From positions 1 through 64,000 of the forward strand of contig CBFFRP010000217.1 in assembly GCA_965644295.1 (NCBI GenBank): DNA of 64,000 nucleotides, read 5' to 3'. The notes beneath the pieces are model-generated. The model worked only from the letters and a program-made list of their open reading frames with translations, was not told the origin of the DNA and did not search any database. Below, piece after piece: positions 48,635 to 62,000 of this stretch (positions are counted from its first letter, which is position 1; every line of letters begins with the position of its first letter). The stretch comes from Paraphysomonas bandaiensis. Lineage: Eukaryota > Protista > Chrysophyceae. A program made the position numbers and the translations under genes.

Positions 48635-51600
48635 TTACTTTTGTTCCAACACTACGGTAGCTACATACGAAGATCAAAAACTCATCGAAATTTCAATAAT
48701 GAGCAGGGTATGTGACTACAATAAGATATGCCGTCATATACAAACACAAACATTTAATTATCAAAACAGCAAATCTATCGTACTGCTGAAATAATTCGTT
48801 ATACATGATTAAACATATATTCACGTAGAGTATTTTTCTTGTACAAGCTATCACACGCACGAACTGCATCAAGACTTCCAAATACATCTTCAAGATTGAT
48901 ATCCATATAAAACTGAGGTGTGTGATCGATTCCTGAAAATTCATGTGAAATACCTCGACTTGTGGGTTGTAAAAACCCAACACTATGACTTCCAAACATG
49001 TTATCAAGATTCAAGTCCCCACAAACCTCAGGTGAGCGGTCGACGTCACAGTTATGCGAATCACCTCGATTAGAAAGTTGAGAACTCTGATGCCGCTTGG
49101 TGAGAGACGAAGCCGCCACTCTGAGTTCAATAATAGGATCTGGTGGTGTAAGTCTCGCCAAAGTCTCACTATTCGGAGCCAGGGCAGCTTTCTTCTGCTT
49201 CCACTTGAGGTCCACCTGGAAAAACGAGCACATCGTCAAATTAAATTCCTGCTATACTTCAATGGCATCGAATATCTGGTATATTTTCGTTAATTAACCA
49301 CCTGTGGCCTAATTTTGGGCTTAGAAGGAACCCTACTGGCTATCTCCTCTTCAGTCAATCCAGGCAACGAGGTGTACCTCTCTTCATTAGTGCTTACGTT
49401 AACCACACTATCTGCCACCACCCGCCTGTCTGTAGATGACGTCTCGACACTATCACAGACTGAGACATCCTACATTAACCCCACATGAGGGATAATTCAT
49501 ATGGAATAGTAAGCCTACCTCCAGGAACTCGTCCTTGTGTTGAAGGATCTCTACCAGGGCCTGTGTATACTCTCTTACAACATATCGATGCATGGTACTA
49601 TAATTTACCCTTGATGAGTTGAGTGAGGGGGCACTAAGATCCGACTGTGGGTACATGTGCACGCGACTCATCGATGGTTGCTTTTTATGTCTGCTTCCTC
49701 CTCGTGAGGAGCGCGCCGATGCCATGGTACTAGTCCTCTCTGCTATTCGGACAGATTTCTTATCTCCGGTAGGAGAGCTTCCACTGGGACGGCGAGACAG
49801 TGTACTTCCTGCCTGTAGATTCTGAGAGTGCTGATGACGTACCGGTGTAGCACAAGTAGGTCTTAGTGGCCTACAGTATTACCAGCACAATACAAAATAG
49901 TCAGAAAATGTATGACAATTGCTAACAGAGACATACATATGGGATCCTGAATTGCCACTGCAAATTTTATGGATATCTTTGTTGTACCCTGCGTTGTCGT
50001 CATTGTCATGCTTGCCATCGTTGTGTCCATCAGTTGGCCATTCATCTACTATCTTGTGATTTTTAGAGTCAGACGCTACAATCTTGGCTTCGGAAGGAGG
50101 GGTAGGAAGTGGTGGCGGCGCTCGGGGCTCACTTTCTTCCAGCTGGACGCACATCACGCTCTCTTCTAACTCTTGGTCGCCTACATCGTCTTCATACGGA
50201 CACATGTTGGGACCTTCCTCGGCATTATATTTTTCAAGTGTAAGAGTGGCCGGGGACCGGTTAGGTAGCCCCAATAGAACCTCTGCAGGGTACTGCCTAT
50301 GCTCTCCAGTAGACAAAAACACACTCAATACCAATCTTTCACCTGCTCCCACATGGGTATGCGGGGACGAGGACGTCGCCCCGTCTTGACCAACAAACCG
50401 TCGTAGACGGTGGAACGTGCATGAAATGACAGCCCCCTCATATTTCGCTTCTCCAGCCAGAGTAAAAAGTGCCAATACCTGGCCCGCCCTTCCAACAGTG
50501 CCCTGAACATACTCTGTCGAAGATAGAGTGCGAAGAAGTGACCGCCCACTTTTCCCGCAAGAGTTTGCACTCTGGTTGTCATCATTGGCACCTTGAGTAC
50601 TCGGGATAGCAGCAACATGGGGAGATGATATGTGAAGTCTAACTACACCATTGGTGTCCGACGTGGCAAGCAGCAGTCGTCCGTCAGCTATAGAACCTTC
50701 CGTGAATTCTGTTTCAGTGTCACGAAGACCAAGTATATCAAGAGATGCATTGATAATTGGATAGTCGGATGAATGCACAATAGAAACCAAGAACCTGTCT
50801 GTGCTTAGTCCTTTTTCTCTGTCCTTCTCCTGACTCTGTAACATTTCGTGTGGGTGTACCCGCCATACGTAGACTGTACCCACGTCGGTAGAAGCCAAGA
50901 GCAATTGGTTGGATGGAATTGTTTCTGAGAGATGGGTGCGGCGGTGGTATCTTGCTGGTGATATAGGACTCGAAAACACATTCGATTTCAGCACTGAGCT
51001 AAAGAGGCCCAGAGTGTGGGACGAAAGTGTGTCCAGTAGAGCCAGGGGTGAAATTGTAAGACCATTTCGCGTCCACTCCACGTGCCAACTGCAAAAAGGG
51101 GAAAACGTAGTTAGGACACCATTTGTTACACTCAGAACAGTCAGAAATACCATAAAACGATATGATACGATGCATACACAATATGGCTGGGTACATACAG
51201 CAGAGACTCTTACATGCGGACACATCTGTCAGCAGATCCAGTCGCGAGAGCAAATGCCATCCGATCCTCCACCTGGGGAGCCCAGATATCCCTCTCACTA
51301 TCTTCATCCATGCCAACAGAGGAGCAACCATCTGAAACCATCATATCTAGCCACTGCATAGAGAATATTGGTCCTCTGTGACACTGCACCCCTTGGGTAT
51401 CAAGCTCCCCATCGACCATGCCGAAGCACAGCGCATCTAGGCTCTTTCTGGAAATGGTATGCTTCAGAGAGTCTGGTCGGCAGAGCATCATAAGCTTTAC
51501 GCGTCCCTGCTCGTCACCTGTGGCTAAAATATGCCCGCGTTGTGAAACCTCGACCGCAGTAATCCTGCACGCATGGCTTACTATCTCCAACACAGGTGTG

Positions 51601-52310
51601 CCGTAGGTGAATCCTGTGGAGCTGTTTTGTATGCAAACAGCCAGGGGAGATACCGACCCCGGAAAAGCAGTGTAGAATAAGCATTTGCTCACACCCAAAA
51701 GAAACAAAAGTTCTCCAGGTCGGGAAGGAATCAGAGACATTTTGTCCCAGTGGAGAGAGATGTGTCGCCCGGGTTGAATATCCTGGTCAAGTGTTGCAGA
51801 GAACTGTCGGAATAGAACTTCATAGGTACACACGGTGTTCTTAGTGGTGTTCACAGCTTTGCAAAAACCGTTCCTCGTGCAGGAGTAATATATGTTCCTA
51901 TCATTGGGACACCATGCTGTAGAAAAACTTGGAGTAGATGGCGGGCACGCTGTATTGTCACATGAACACAGTCTGTATCCAGTTTCAGAGGCAATTGATA
52001 TGATATCATCTCCGTCAATCATCGTCACAACCTACATGTCATTGTTATACTATTTAGAACACAGAAACAATGAAACGCACCGATAAGAAGGTCAGCAACC
52101 AGTTATCTTAATCGTGATTGTAATTATAAGCGTTATAAGCGTTGATGACGTCTACCACGCATATAGCATCACACTTCACGGTGTCAACGATGAAAACAAC
52201 AAAAGAAAAATGCGTCAACTCAACAGATTATAATCGACAATCAGAGCACTCTCTAATCTATATAATGCTGATGGATGGACAGATGTACCGTGTATATGAC
52301 AAGACAGTCA
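48635..52310 (-). CDS. WD40-repeat protein with low-complexity C-terminal region, multi-exon
   Basis: SHACRITAVEVSQRGHILATGDEQGRVKL, HRGPIFSMQW, LATGSADRCVR, LLASTDVGTVYVW, LATSDTNGVVRL. Both ends approximate. Confidence 0.75.
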
Positions 52311-52494
52311 TAACGCGTCCCTCTTTTATGTGAGCTGACCATGTTGCTGATGCAGCAGCACACATAAAATTAAAATTCGAATCATAGCATATACCGGTAT
52401 ACAGTGTATACCCCGTATACATACATCCATACACTTCTATACTCTGTGTTGCTGTTTATATAGCCACATGATGAGGGTAAAAAAACAGAAAATA

Positions 52495-52566
52495 TGAAAG
52501 CGACGAGAATCGAACTCGCAACCTTTGGGACTGGAATCCAACGCGCTACCATTGCGCCACGCCTTC
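52495..52566 (-). tRNA. trnW: tRNA-Trp (CCA), copy 1
   Basis: GAAGGCG TG GCGC AATGGTA GCGC G TTGGA TTCCAGT CCCAA AGGTT GCGAG TTCGATT CTCGT CGCTTTC A; upstream TATA-like sequence and downstream T-runs. Confidence 0.93.
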
Positions 52567-52647
52567 AGTACAGATGACAATTACGTAATCATTTGAATAT
52601 ATAAATTCTCAAAATATGTAAGAAGGGTATCAAAAAACGACAAAATA

Positions 52648-52719
52648 TGAAAGCGACGAGAATCGAACTCGCAACCTTTGGGACTGGAATCCAACGCGCT
52701 ACCATTGCGCCACGCCTTC
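52648..52719 (-). tRNA. trnW: tRNA-Trp (CCA), copy 2 (identical)
   Basis: Identical 72-nt cloverleaf with diverged flanks, its own TATA-like sequence and T-run terminator. Confidence 0.93.
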
Positions 52720-53068
52720 ACCACTCATGTCGTCGAATAAAAATTTAGTATATATAAAGTGTATTCCTGTTACAATACCGTTACTTTCTGTTCCTCACCA
52801 CTACGTATGGACTACATACAGAGTGTACGACAAGTGTGTGTGGCAGTTCGAAAGGTCGTGGCAGATAGAGTAACCCTGACCCTTATCAAGGAAACAGATA
52901 CCTCTGAAGGAAACAAGCACTTCAGCGAAAACGAATTTTATACGTGATCAGGCCACAACAGCTTATTATTTTTCAAATGAATGCATGTATTTCGCGGTGT
53001 GTAATGTGACGTTGTTGGAATTTCTATCAACCCACAAGATATTGTTGTCTGTTCTTTTGAGGCATTAG

Positions 53069-56000
53069 ATGTCAATTTATCCCTTCATATGTTTTTTATA
53101 TCTCACTCTTTTTTCGGTATTGAATATTGTGACTTCCACAGATATTCCAACGGGGTTACCAACATTACAACCCACAAGCCAACCATCATGCGCCCCATCA
53201 TCCAATCCGAGTGGAGAACCTTCTGCAGTTCCAACATCCAGTCAGCCAACTACTATTCCATCTGGTCAACCGAGTGCGTTACCCAGTGGTCTGCCGACAT
53301 GTATACCAAGTGGACAGCCAACAAGTGAGCCTACAACTTCAATGCCAAGCTCATGTCCAACTGGTCACCCGAGTGGAGAACCTAGTAGAGTACCAAGTGG
53401 CCAACCTACGTTAATTCCTAGTGCTAAACCAAGTACAATGCCGAGTAATCACCCTACTTATCAGCCAACTTACATCCCGTCATCTACTCCTAGCAGCCAA
53501 CCTAGTCACATTCCCACATCTCTACCGAGTAACTTGCCAAGTGGTAAACCCACGTTACAGCCTACATGTGATCCATCGTCTGGCCCATCTGGTAAGCCTA
53601 CATGGTCACCGAGTACTCAACCGACTTATGTTCCCTCTGGACAGCCGACCACAAAACCAAGTGATCTGCCCTCTGGTCAGCCCACTGTTGTACCGAGCTG
53701 CACTCCGAGTAGACAACCATCAGGACAACCTACTACCGACCCCTCCTCGATTCCGACGCATGTACCCAGTTGTTTGCCGAGCGAAGAGCCGACCTTATGC
53801 CCTAGTAAGGAACCTAGTAGTGGGCCATCTGGTATACCAACTGTTCAACCGAGTATTGAACCCAGTGGTATTCCAAGCGGGCACCCCACACGTCAACCCA
53901 CGTCATCTCCTAGTGGAATTCCAAGTAATGAACCGTCCGGCCAGCCGACGAGTCAACCGACATCTCAACCAACTAGATCACCGACAGGTCTACCCACCGG
54001 CGAGCCGTCTGCATGTCCTAGTGGAGTACCCAGTTCTGAACCAAGTGGTTATCCAACAAGTCAGCCTTCTGGTGAACCAACATTTTTACCAAGTGGACAA
54101 CCTACTGGTGAACCATCATCGATTCCGACATGTGTACCTAGTGGCATGCCAAGTGGTCAGCCGAGTGGACAGCCCTCAGGTCAACCTACTTCAACTCCAA
54201 GTGGAATTCCAAGTGGCCAACCGTCCGGCCAACCGACGTGCCAACCGACATCACAACCAAGCAGTGTACCAAGTGTGATTCCCAGTGGACAACCTACGGG
54301 TATTCCGTCACCTGTTCCATCTTGTGTTCCTACAAGTGAGCCAACCGGTCAACCCACATATCAACCAACTGGATCACCGACCGGTCAACCTACAGGTGAG
54401 CCGTCTTCATGTCCTAGTGGAGTGCCTAGTTCTCAACCAACTTGTATTCCGTCTGGAGAACCAACATCTTTACCAAGTGGTGCACCAAGTAGCCAACCGT
54501 CAGGACAACCTACTGGTGAACCATCCTCGATTCCGACATGTGTACCTAGTGGTCAGCCGAGTGGTCAACCCACTGCTATGCCTAGTGGTCAGCCTAGCGG
54601 ACAGCCCTCAGGTCAACCTACTTCAACTCCAAGTGGAATTCCAAGTGGCCAACCGTCCGGCCAGCCGACGTGCCAACCGACATCACAACCAAGCAGTGTA
54701 CCAAGTGTGATTCCCAGTGGACAACCTACAGGTGAACCGTCATCTGTTCCATCTTGTGTTCCTACAAGTGAGCCAACCGGTCAACCCACATCTCAACCAA
54801 CTGGATCACCGACCGGTCAACCTACAGGTGAGCCGTCTTCATGTCCTAGTGGAGTGCCTAGTTCTCAACCAACTTGTATTCCGTCTGGAGAACCAACATC
54901 TTTACCAAGTGGTGCACCAAGTAGCCAACCGTCAGGACAACCTACTGGTGAACCATCCTCGATTCCGACATGTGTACCTAGTGGTCAGCCGAGTGGTCAA
55001 CCTACTGCTATGCCTAGTGGTCAGCCTAGCGGACAGCCCTCAGGTCAACCTACTTCAACTCCAAGTGGAATTCCAAGTGGCCAACCGTCCGGCCAGCCGA
55101 CGTGCCAACCGACATCACAACCAAGCAGTGTACCAAGTGTGATTCCCAGTGGACAACCTACAGGTGAACCGTCATCTGTTCCATCTTGTGTTCCTACAAG
55201 TGAGCCAACCGGTCAACCCACATCTCAACCAACTGGATCACCGACCGGTCAACCTACAGGTGAGCCGTCTTCATGTCCTAGTGGAGTGCCTAGTTCTCAA
55301 CCAACTTGTATTCCGTCTGGAGAACCAACCTCAATACCTAGTGGTCAACCAAGTGGTTATCCAACAAGTCAGCCTTCTGGTGAACCAACATCTTTACCAA
55401 GTGGTGCACCAAGTAGCCAACCGTCAGGACAACCTACTGGTGAACCATCCTCGATTCCGACATGTGTACCTAGTGGTCAGCCGAGTGGTCAACCCACTGC
55501 TATGCCTAGTAGTCAGCCTAGTGGACAGCCCTCAGGTCAACCTACTTCAACTCCAAGTGGAATTCCAAGTGGCCAACCGTCCGGCCAGCCGACGTGCCAA
55601 CCGACATCACAACCAAGCAGTGTACCAAGTGTGATTCCCAGTGGACAACCTACGGGTGAACCGTCATCTGTTCCATCTTGTGTTCCTACAAGTGAGCCAA
55701 CCGGTCAACCAACATCTCAACCAACTGGATCACCGACCGGTCAACCTACAGGTGAGCCGTCTTCATGTCCGAGTGGAGTGCCTAGCTCTCAACCAACATG
55801 TATTCCGTCTGGAGAGCCAACCTCAATACCTAGTGGTCAACCAAGTGGTTATCCAACAAGTCAGCCTTCTGGTGAACCAACATCTTTACCAAGTGGTGCA
55901 CCAAGTAGCCAACCGTCAGGACAACCTACTGGTGAACCATCCTCGATTCCGACATGTGTACCTAGTGGTCAGCCGAGTGGTCAACCCACTGCTATGCCTA

Positions 56001-59000
56001 GTAGTCAGCCTAGTGGCCAACCAACAGGTGAACCATCATCTGTTCCATCTTGTGTTCCTACAAGTGAGCCAACCGGTCAACCAACATCTCAACCAACTGG
56101 ATCACCGACAGGTCAACCTACAGGTGAGCCGTCTTCATGTCCTAGTGGAGTGCCTAGTTCTCAACCAACTTGTATTCCGTCTGGAGAACCAACCTCAATA
56201 CCTAGTGGTCAACCAAGTGGTTATCCAACAAGTCAGCCTTCTGGTGAACCAACATCTTTACCAAGTGGTGCACCAAGTAGCCAACCGTCAGGACAACCTA
56301 CTGGTGAACCATCCTCGATTCCGACATGTGTACCTAGTGGTCAGCCGAGTGGTCAACCCACTGCTATGCCTAGTAGTCAGCCTAGTGGACAGCCCTCAGG
56401 TCAACCTACTTCAACTCCAAGTGGAATTCCAAGTGGCCAACCGTCCGGCCAACCGACGTGCCAACCGACATCACAACCAAGCAGTGCACCAAGTGTGGTT
56501 CCCAGTGGACAACCTACGGGTGAACCGTCATCTGTTCCATCTTGTGTTCCTACAAGTGAGCCAACCGGTCAACCAACATCTCAACCAACTGGATCACCGA
56601 CAGGTCAACCCACAGGTGAGCCGTCTTCATGTCCTAGTGGAGTGCCTAGCTCTCAACCAACTTGTATTCCGTCTGGAGAACCAACCTCAATACCTAGTGG
56701 TCAACCAAGTGGTTATCCAACAAGTCAGCCTTCTGGTGAACCAACATCTTTACCAAGTGGTGCACCAAGTAGCCAACCGTCAGGACAGCCTACTGGTGAA
56801 CCATCCTCGATTCCGACATGTGTACCTAGTGGTCAGCCGAGTGGTCAACCCACTGCTATGCCTAGTAGTCAGCCTAGTGGACAGCCAACAGGTGAACCAT
56901 CATCTGTTCCATCTTGTGTTCCTACAAGTGAGCCAACCGGTCAACCAACATCTCAACCAACTGGATCACCGACCGGTCAACCCACAGGTGAGCCGTCTTC
57001 ATGTCCTAGTGGAGTGCCTAGCTCTCAACCAACTTGTATTCCGTCTGGAGAACCAACCTCAATACCTAGTGGTCAACCAAGTGGTTATCCAACAAGTCAG
57101 CCTTCTGGTGAACCAACATCTTTACCAAGTGGTGCACCAAGTAGCCAACCGTCAGGACAACCTACTGGTGAACCATCCTCGATTCCGACATGTGTACCTA
57201 GTGGCATGCCAAGTGGTCAACCCACTGCTATGCCTAGTGGTCAGCCTAGTGGACAGCCCTCAGTTCAACCTACTTCAACTCCAAGTGGAATTCCAAGTGG
57301 CCAACCGTCCGGCCAGCCGACGTGCCAACCGACTTCACAGCCAAGCAGTGCACCAAGTGTGATTCCCAGTGGACAACCTACGGGTGAACCGTCATCTGTT
57401 CCATCTTGTGTTCCTACAAGTGAGCCAACCGGTCAACCAACATCTCAACCAACTGGATCACCGACCGGTCAACCTACAGGTGACCCGTCTTCATGTCCTA
57501 GTGGAGTGCCTAGTTCTCAACCAACTTGTATTCCGTCTGGGGAACCGACCTCAATACCTAGTGGTCAACCAAGTGGTTATCCAACAAGTCAGCCTTCTGG
57601 TGAACCAACATCTTTACCAAGTGGTGCACCAAGTAGCCAACCGTCAGGACAACCTACTGGTGAACCATCCTCGATTCCGACATGTGTACCTAGTGGTCAG
57701 CCGAGTGGTCAACCCACTGCTATGCCTAGTAGTCAGCCTAGTGGCCAGCCAACAGGTGAACCATCATCTGTTCCATCTTGTGTTCCTACAAGTGAGCCAA
57801 CTGGTCAACCCACATCTCAACCAACTGGATCACCGACCGGTCAACCTACAGGTGAGCCGTCTTCATGTCCTAGTGGAGTGCCTAGTTCTCAACCAACTTG
57901 TATTCCGTCTGGGGAACCGACCTCAATACCTAGTGGTCAACCAAGTGGTTATCCAACAAGTCAGCCTTCTGGTGAACCAACATCTTTACCAAGTGGTGCA
58001 CCAAGTAGCCAACCGTCAGGACAACCTACTGGTGAACCATCCTCGATTCCGACATGTGTACCTAGTGGTCAGCCGAGTGGTCAACCCACTGCTATGCCTA
58101 GTAGTCAGCCTAGTGGCCAACCAACAGGTGAACCGTCATCTGTTCCATCTTGTGTTCCTACAAGTGAGCCAACCGGGCAACCAACATCTCAACCAACTGG
58201 ATCACCGACAGGTCAACCTACAGGTGAGCCGTCTTCATGTCCTAGTGGAGTGCCTAGTTCTCAACCAACTTGTATTCCGTCTGGAGAACCAACCTCAATA
58301 CCTAGTGGTCAACCAAGTGGTTATCCAACAAGTCAGCCTTCTGGTGAACCAACATCTTTACCAAGTGGTGCACCAAGTAGCCAACCGTCAGGACAACCTA
58401 CTGGTGAACCATCCTCGATTCCGACATGTGTACCTAGTGGTCAGCCTAGTGGTCAACCTACTGCTATGCCTAGTGGTCAGCCTAGTGGACAGCCAACAGG
58501 TGAACCATCATCTGTTCCATCTTGTGTTCCTACAAGTGAGCCAACCGGTCAACCAACATCTCAACCAACTGGATCACCGACAGGTCAACCTACAGGTGAG
58601 CCGTCTTCATGTCCTAGTGGAGTGCCTAGTTCTCAACCAACGTGTATTCCGTCTGGAGAGCCAACCTCAATACCTAGTGGTCAACCAAGTGGTTATCCAA
58701 CAAGTCAGCCTTCTGGTGAACCAACATCTTTACCAAGTGGTGCACCAAGTGGCCAACCGTCAGGACAACCTACTGGTGAACCATCCTCGATTCCGACATG
58801 TGTACCTAGTGGTCAGCCTAGTGGTCAACCCACTGCTATGCCTAGTAGTCAGCCTAGTGGCCAACCAACAGGTGAACCATCATCTGTTCCATCTTGTGTT
58901 CCTACAAGTGAGCCAACCGGTCAACCAACATCTCAACCAACTGGATCACCGACAGGTCAACCTACAGGTGAGCCGTCTTCATGTCCTAGTGGAGTGCCTA

Positions 59001-62000
59001 GTTCTCAACCAACTTGTATTCCGTCTGGGGAACCGACCTCAATACCTAGTGGTCAACCAAGTGGTTATCCAACAAGTCAGCCTTCTGGTGAACCGTCATC
59101 TGTTCCATCTTGTGTTCCTACAAGTGAGCCATCCGGTCAACCAACATCTCAACCAACTGGATCACCGACCGGTCAACCCACAGGTGAGCCGTCTTCATGT
59201 CCTAGTGGAGTGCCTAGCTCTCAACCAACTTGTATTCCGTCTGGAGAACCAACCTCAATACCTAGTGGTCAACCAAGTGGTTATCCAACAAGTCAGCCTT
59301 CTGGTGAACCAACATCTTTACCAAGTGGTCAACCGTCAGGACAACCTACTGGTGAACCATCCTCGATTCCGACATGTGTACCTAGTGGTCAGCCGAGTGG
59401 TCAACCCACTGCTATGCCTAGTAGTCAGCCGAGTGGTTACCCAACAAGTCAGCCTTCAGGTGAACCATCATCCTTTCCGAGTGGCCAACCATCCGGGCAA
59501 CCAACTGGTCAACCATCATCTTCTCCAAGCAGTATACCTAGTAGCATGCCAAGTGGTCAACCCACTGCCTTTCCGAGTGGTCAACCAAGTGGTTATCCAA
59601 CAAGTCAGCCTTCTGGTGAACCAACATCTTTACCAAGTGGTGCACCAAGTAGCCAACCGTCAGGACAGCCTACTGGTGAACCATCATCGATTCCGACATG
59701 TGTACCTAGTGGTCAGCCTAGTGGTCCACCTACTGCTATGCCTAGTTGTTACCCAACAAGTCAGCCCTCAGTTCAACCTACTTCAACTCCAAGTGGAATT
59801 CCAAGTGGCCAACCGTCCGGCCAGCCGACGTGCCAACCGACATCACAACCAAGCAGTGCACCAAGTGTGATTCCCAGTGGACAACCTACGGGTGAACCGT
59901 CATCTGTTCCATCTTGTGTTCCTACAAGTGAGCCAACTGGTCAACCCACATCTCAACCAACTGGATTACCGACCGGTCAACCTACAGGTGAGCCCTCATC
60001 TGTACCTTCCAGTTTTCCTTCTAACCAACCGACCAAAGTCCCAGTTACTTCCTGTCCAACTTCCCCTGGAGATACCAACATGCCAACAAGTTCTCATCCT
60101 ACTTCATCTCCAACGAGACTCCCTTACTTGATATCCTCAATTGACGTAAACTCGACTGAGTCCAGTATCAACGTGGCAGCATACTTACTGGAAAACTCCT
60201 ATCTTTATTGTGGTTTATTTCCTGAGAAAATGCCACCTACTTCGACGAATAATGTGCTGTACCAAAATTATTTTAATATTTCGTATGAACAGTTTGTGAC
60301 ACTGACTATTTCTGGATTAGAGGCACAAACATTATACTACGTATATTGCATAACACAGAGTTTCGATGGAATCGTGACTACTACTTATGCGCGAATGATA
60401 GAGAATAAAGTACCCATCAGAACACCATGTTGTAATCGCTTGTATGTGGACCTTAAGCAAACAACTGTGTTTTTCGAGACGTCCACTACAGATGCCCTGT
60501 TTATAACGTGGTCGTCATTGCCTGATAGAGATTTGAATGTGCACTTTGCTACGAATTACAATGGTGCTGTTGCAGTTGTTAATCCTTTTCTACCGATGTC
60601 TTTGACTTTAACAAGTGGTACGAAAGGTACACGGAAGAGTTTTTCACTTCCTAGTTTGCTTGACCCAGGAACGTATACATTAAATTTCACGTTGGGTGGT
60701 GCAAATGCTGCTGATTTTCGAGTAGTTTACAGCAGTGAAACTCCAGTTTCTTTTACCGTGGTTAGCACTGAAAGTGGCTACGTTCCACCTGCACCTAGAA
60801 TTCATTCTTGCCGATTTTCGAACGACGGAACTCATGTGGAAGTCACATTTGATTCAAAAACTAATGAGGCTTTACTGACTGTGTCTTTTACGTGTTCGTC
60901 ATTATTTATATTCCCGGGTAGTGATATGTCTACGTGCAAATGGAAGAATAGTACTACTGTTTATATATACACTGCTGCAGCTTTCCATCAAAGAGTAGGA
61001 GATGTTATAATTCTTAAAGGAGGAATTGTCGGAGCTCGTTGTCCAAGCAGCACTGATATATGTGCGTCATGGTCTCATACACCGGCGGCTAATATTACAA
61101 TCGATGAGGCTCGTAGCCCCGTGACTCCTGTTGTGGAAATATCAGCTCCTTCATATATCAGCCCTTGTGATACATTTGTGTTAGACTTGACTGCCTCAAC
61201 AGGGTCCAGCGGGAGGTCATGGGACACGGTTGATATACATATAACTAGTTCTACACTCACAACACGATTAAATACGTTTTTTCGCGATATATATGAAGTA
61301 TTTCCACCCACTCCTGTTCCTGAAGGACTCTTCAGAGCACCCGCAGCATATAGTATTTCGATTACTTTGTGTAATTTTCTTGGTAGGTGCAGTACAACTG
61401 CCACTCATGTTCTCACAGTCAGAACTCTTACGGCCAGCACCGTGACACCGTCGTTGTCTATTGTGGGCCCGCGAAATCGAAGAATCAAACGAATGCATGA
61501 GCTTGTAGTTGAAGCTTCGGCGTATGTCAATTTATGTTTAGGGTCGATATCTACAGCAAACTTAGCGTACAATTGGCGACTTAGTCAAGATGGAATTGAT
61601 CTTGATGATGTTGTATCCACGTCTCAGAGGCCTACAGTATTCAGGATACAGCCTAATAATTTGGATGTATTAAGTGTCTATGTTGTTCATGTATCAGTGA
61701 CGTACTCTCAATCTGGACTTTCGGCGGAGAGCTCTGTTAATGTGTATGTTGACCAATCTTCTATTGTTGCAGTACTGGTTGGAGGTTCGATACGAAAAGT
61801 TCCACATGGCAAATTAATTGTTGTGGACGCGTCGCAGAGTTATGACGAAGATATCAGCTCTTTAAAAGGAGCACAAGCAGGGTTGAAATTTTTGTGGGAG
61901 TGTTCTTTGACGGCACCTCTATTGCCGTCGTTTTGTGGCTTAACTGTCGCCAGCAGCTTGACTGCTGAAACTCTCTTGTTACGTGCTCAAGAATCAAAGT

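Noticed and set aside
53421-60131. Series of Q/V/L/N-rich ORFs
   Set aside because: Shadow frame of the real gene starting at 53069.
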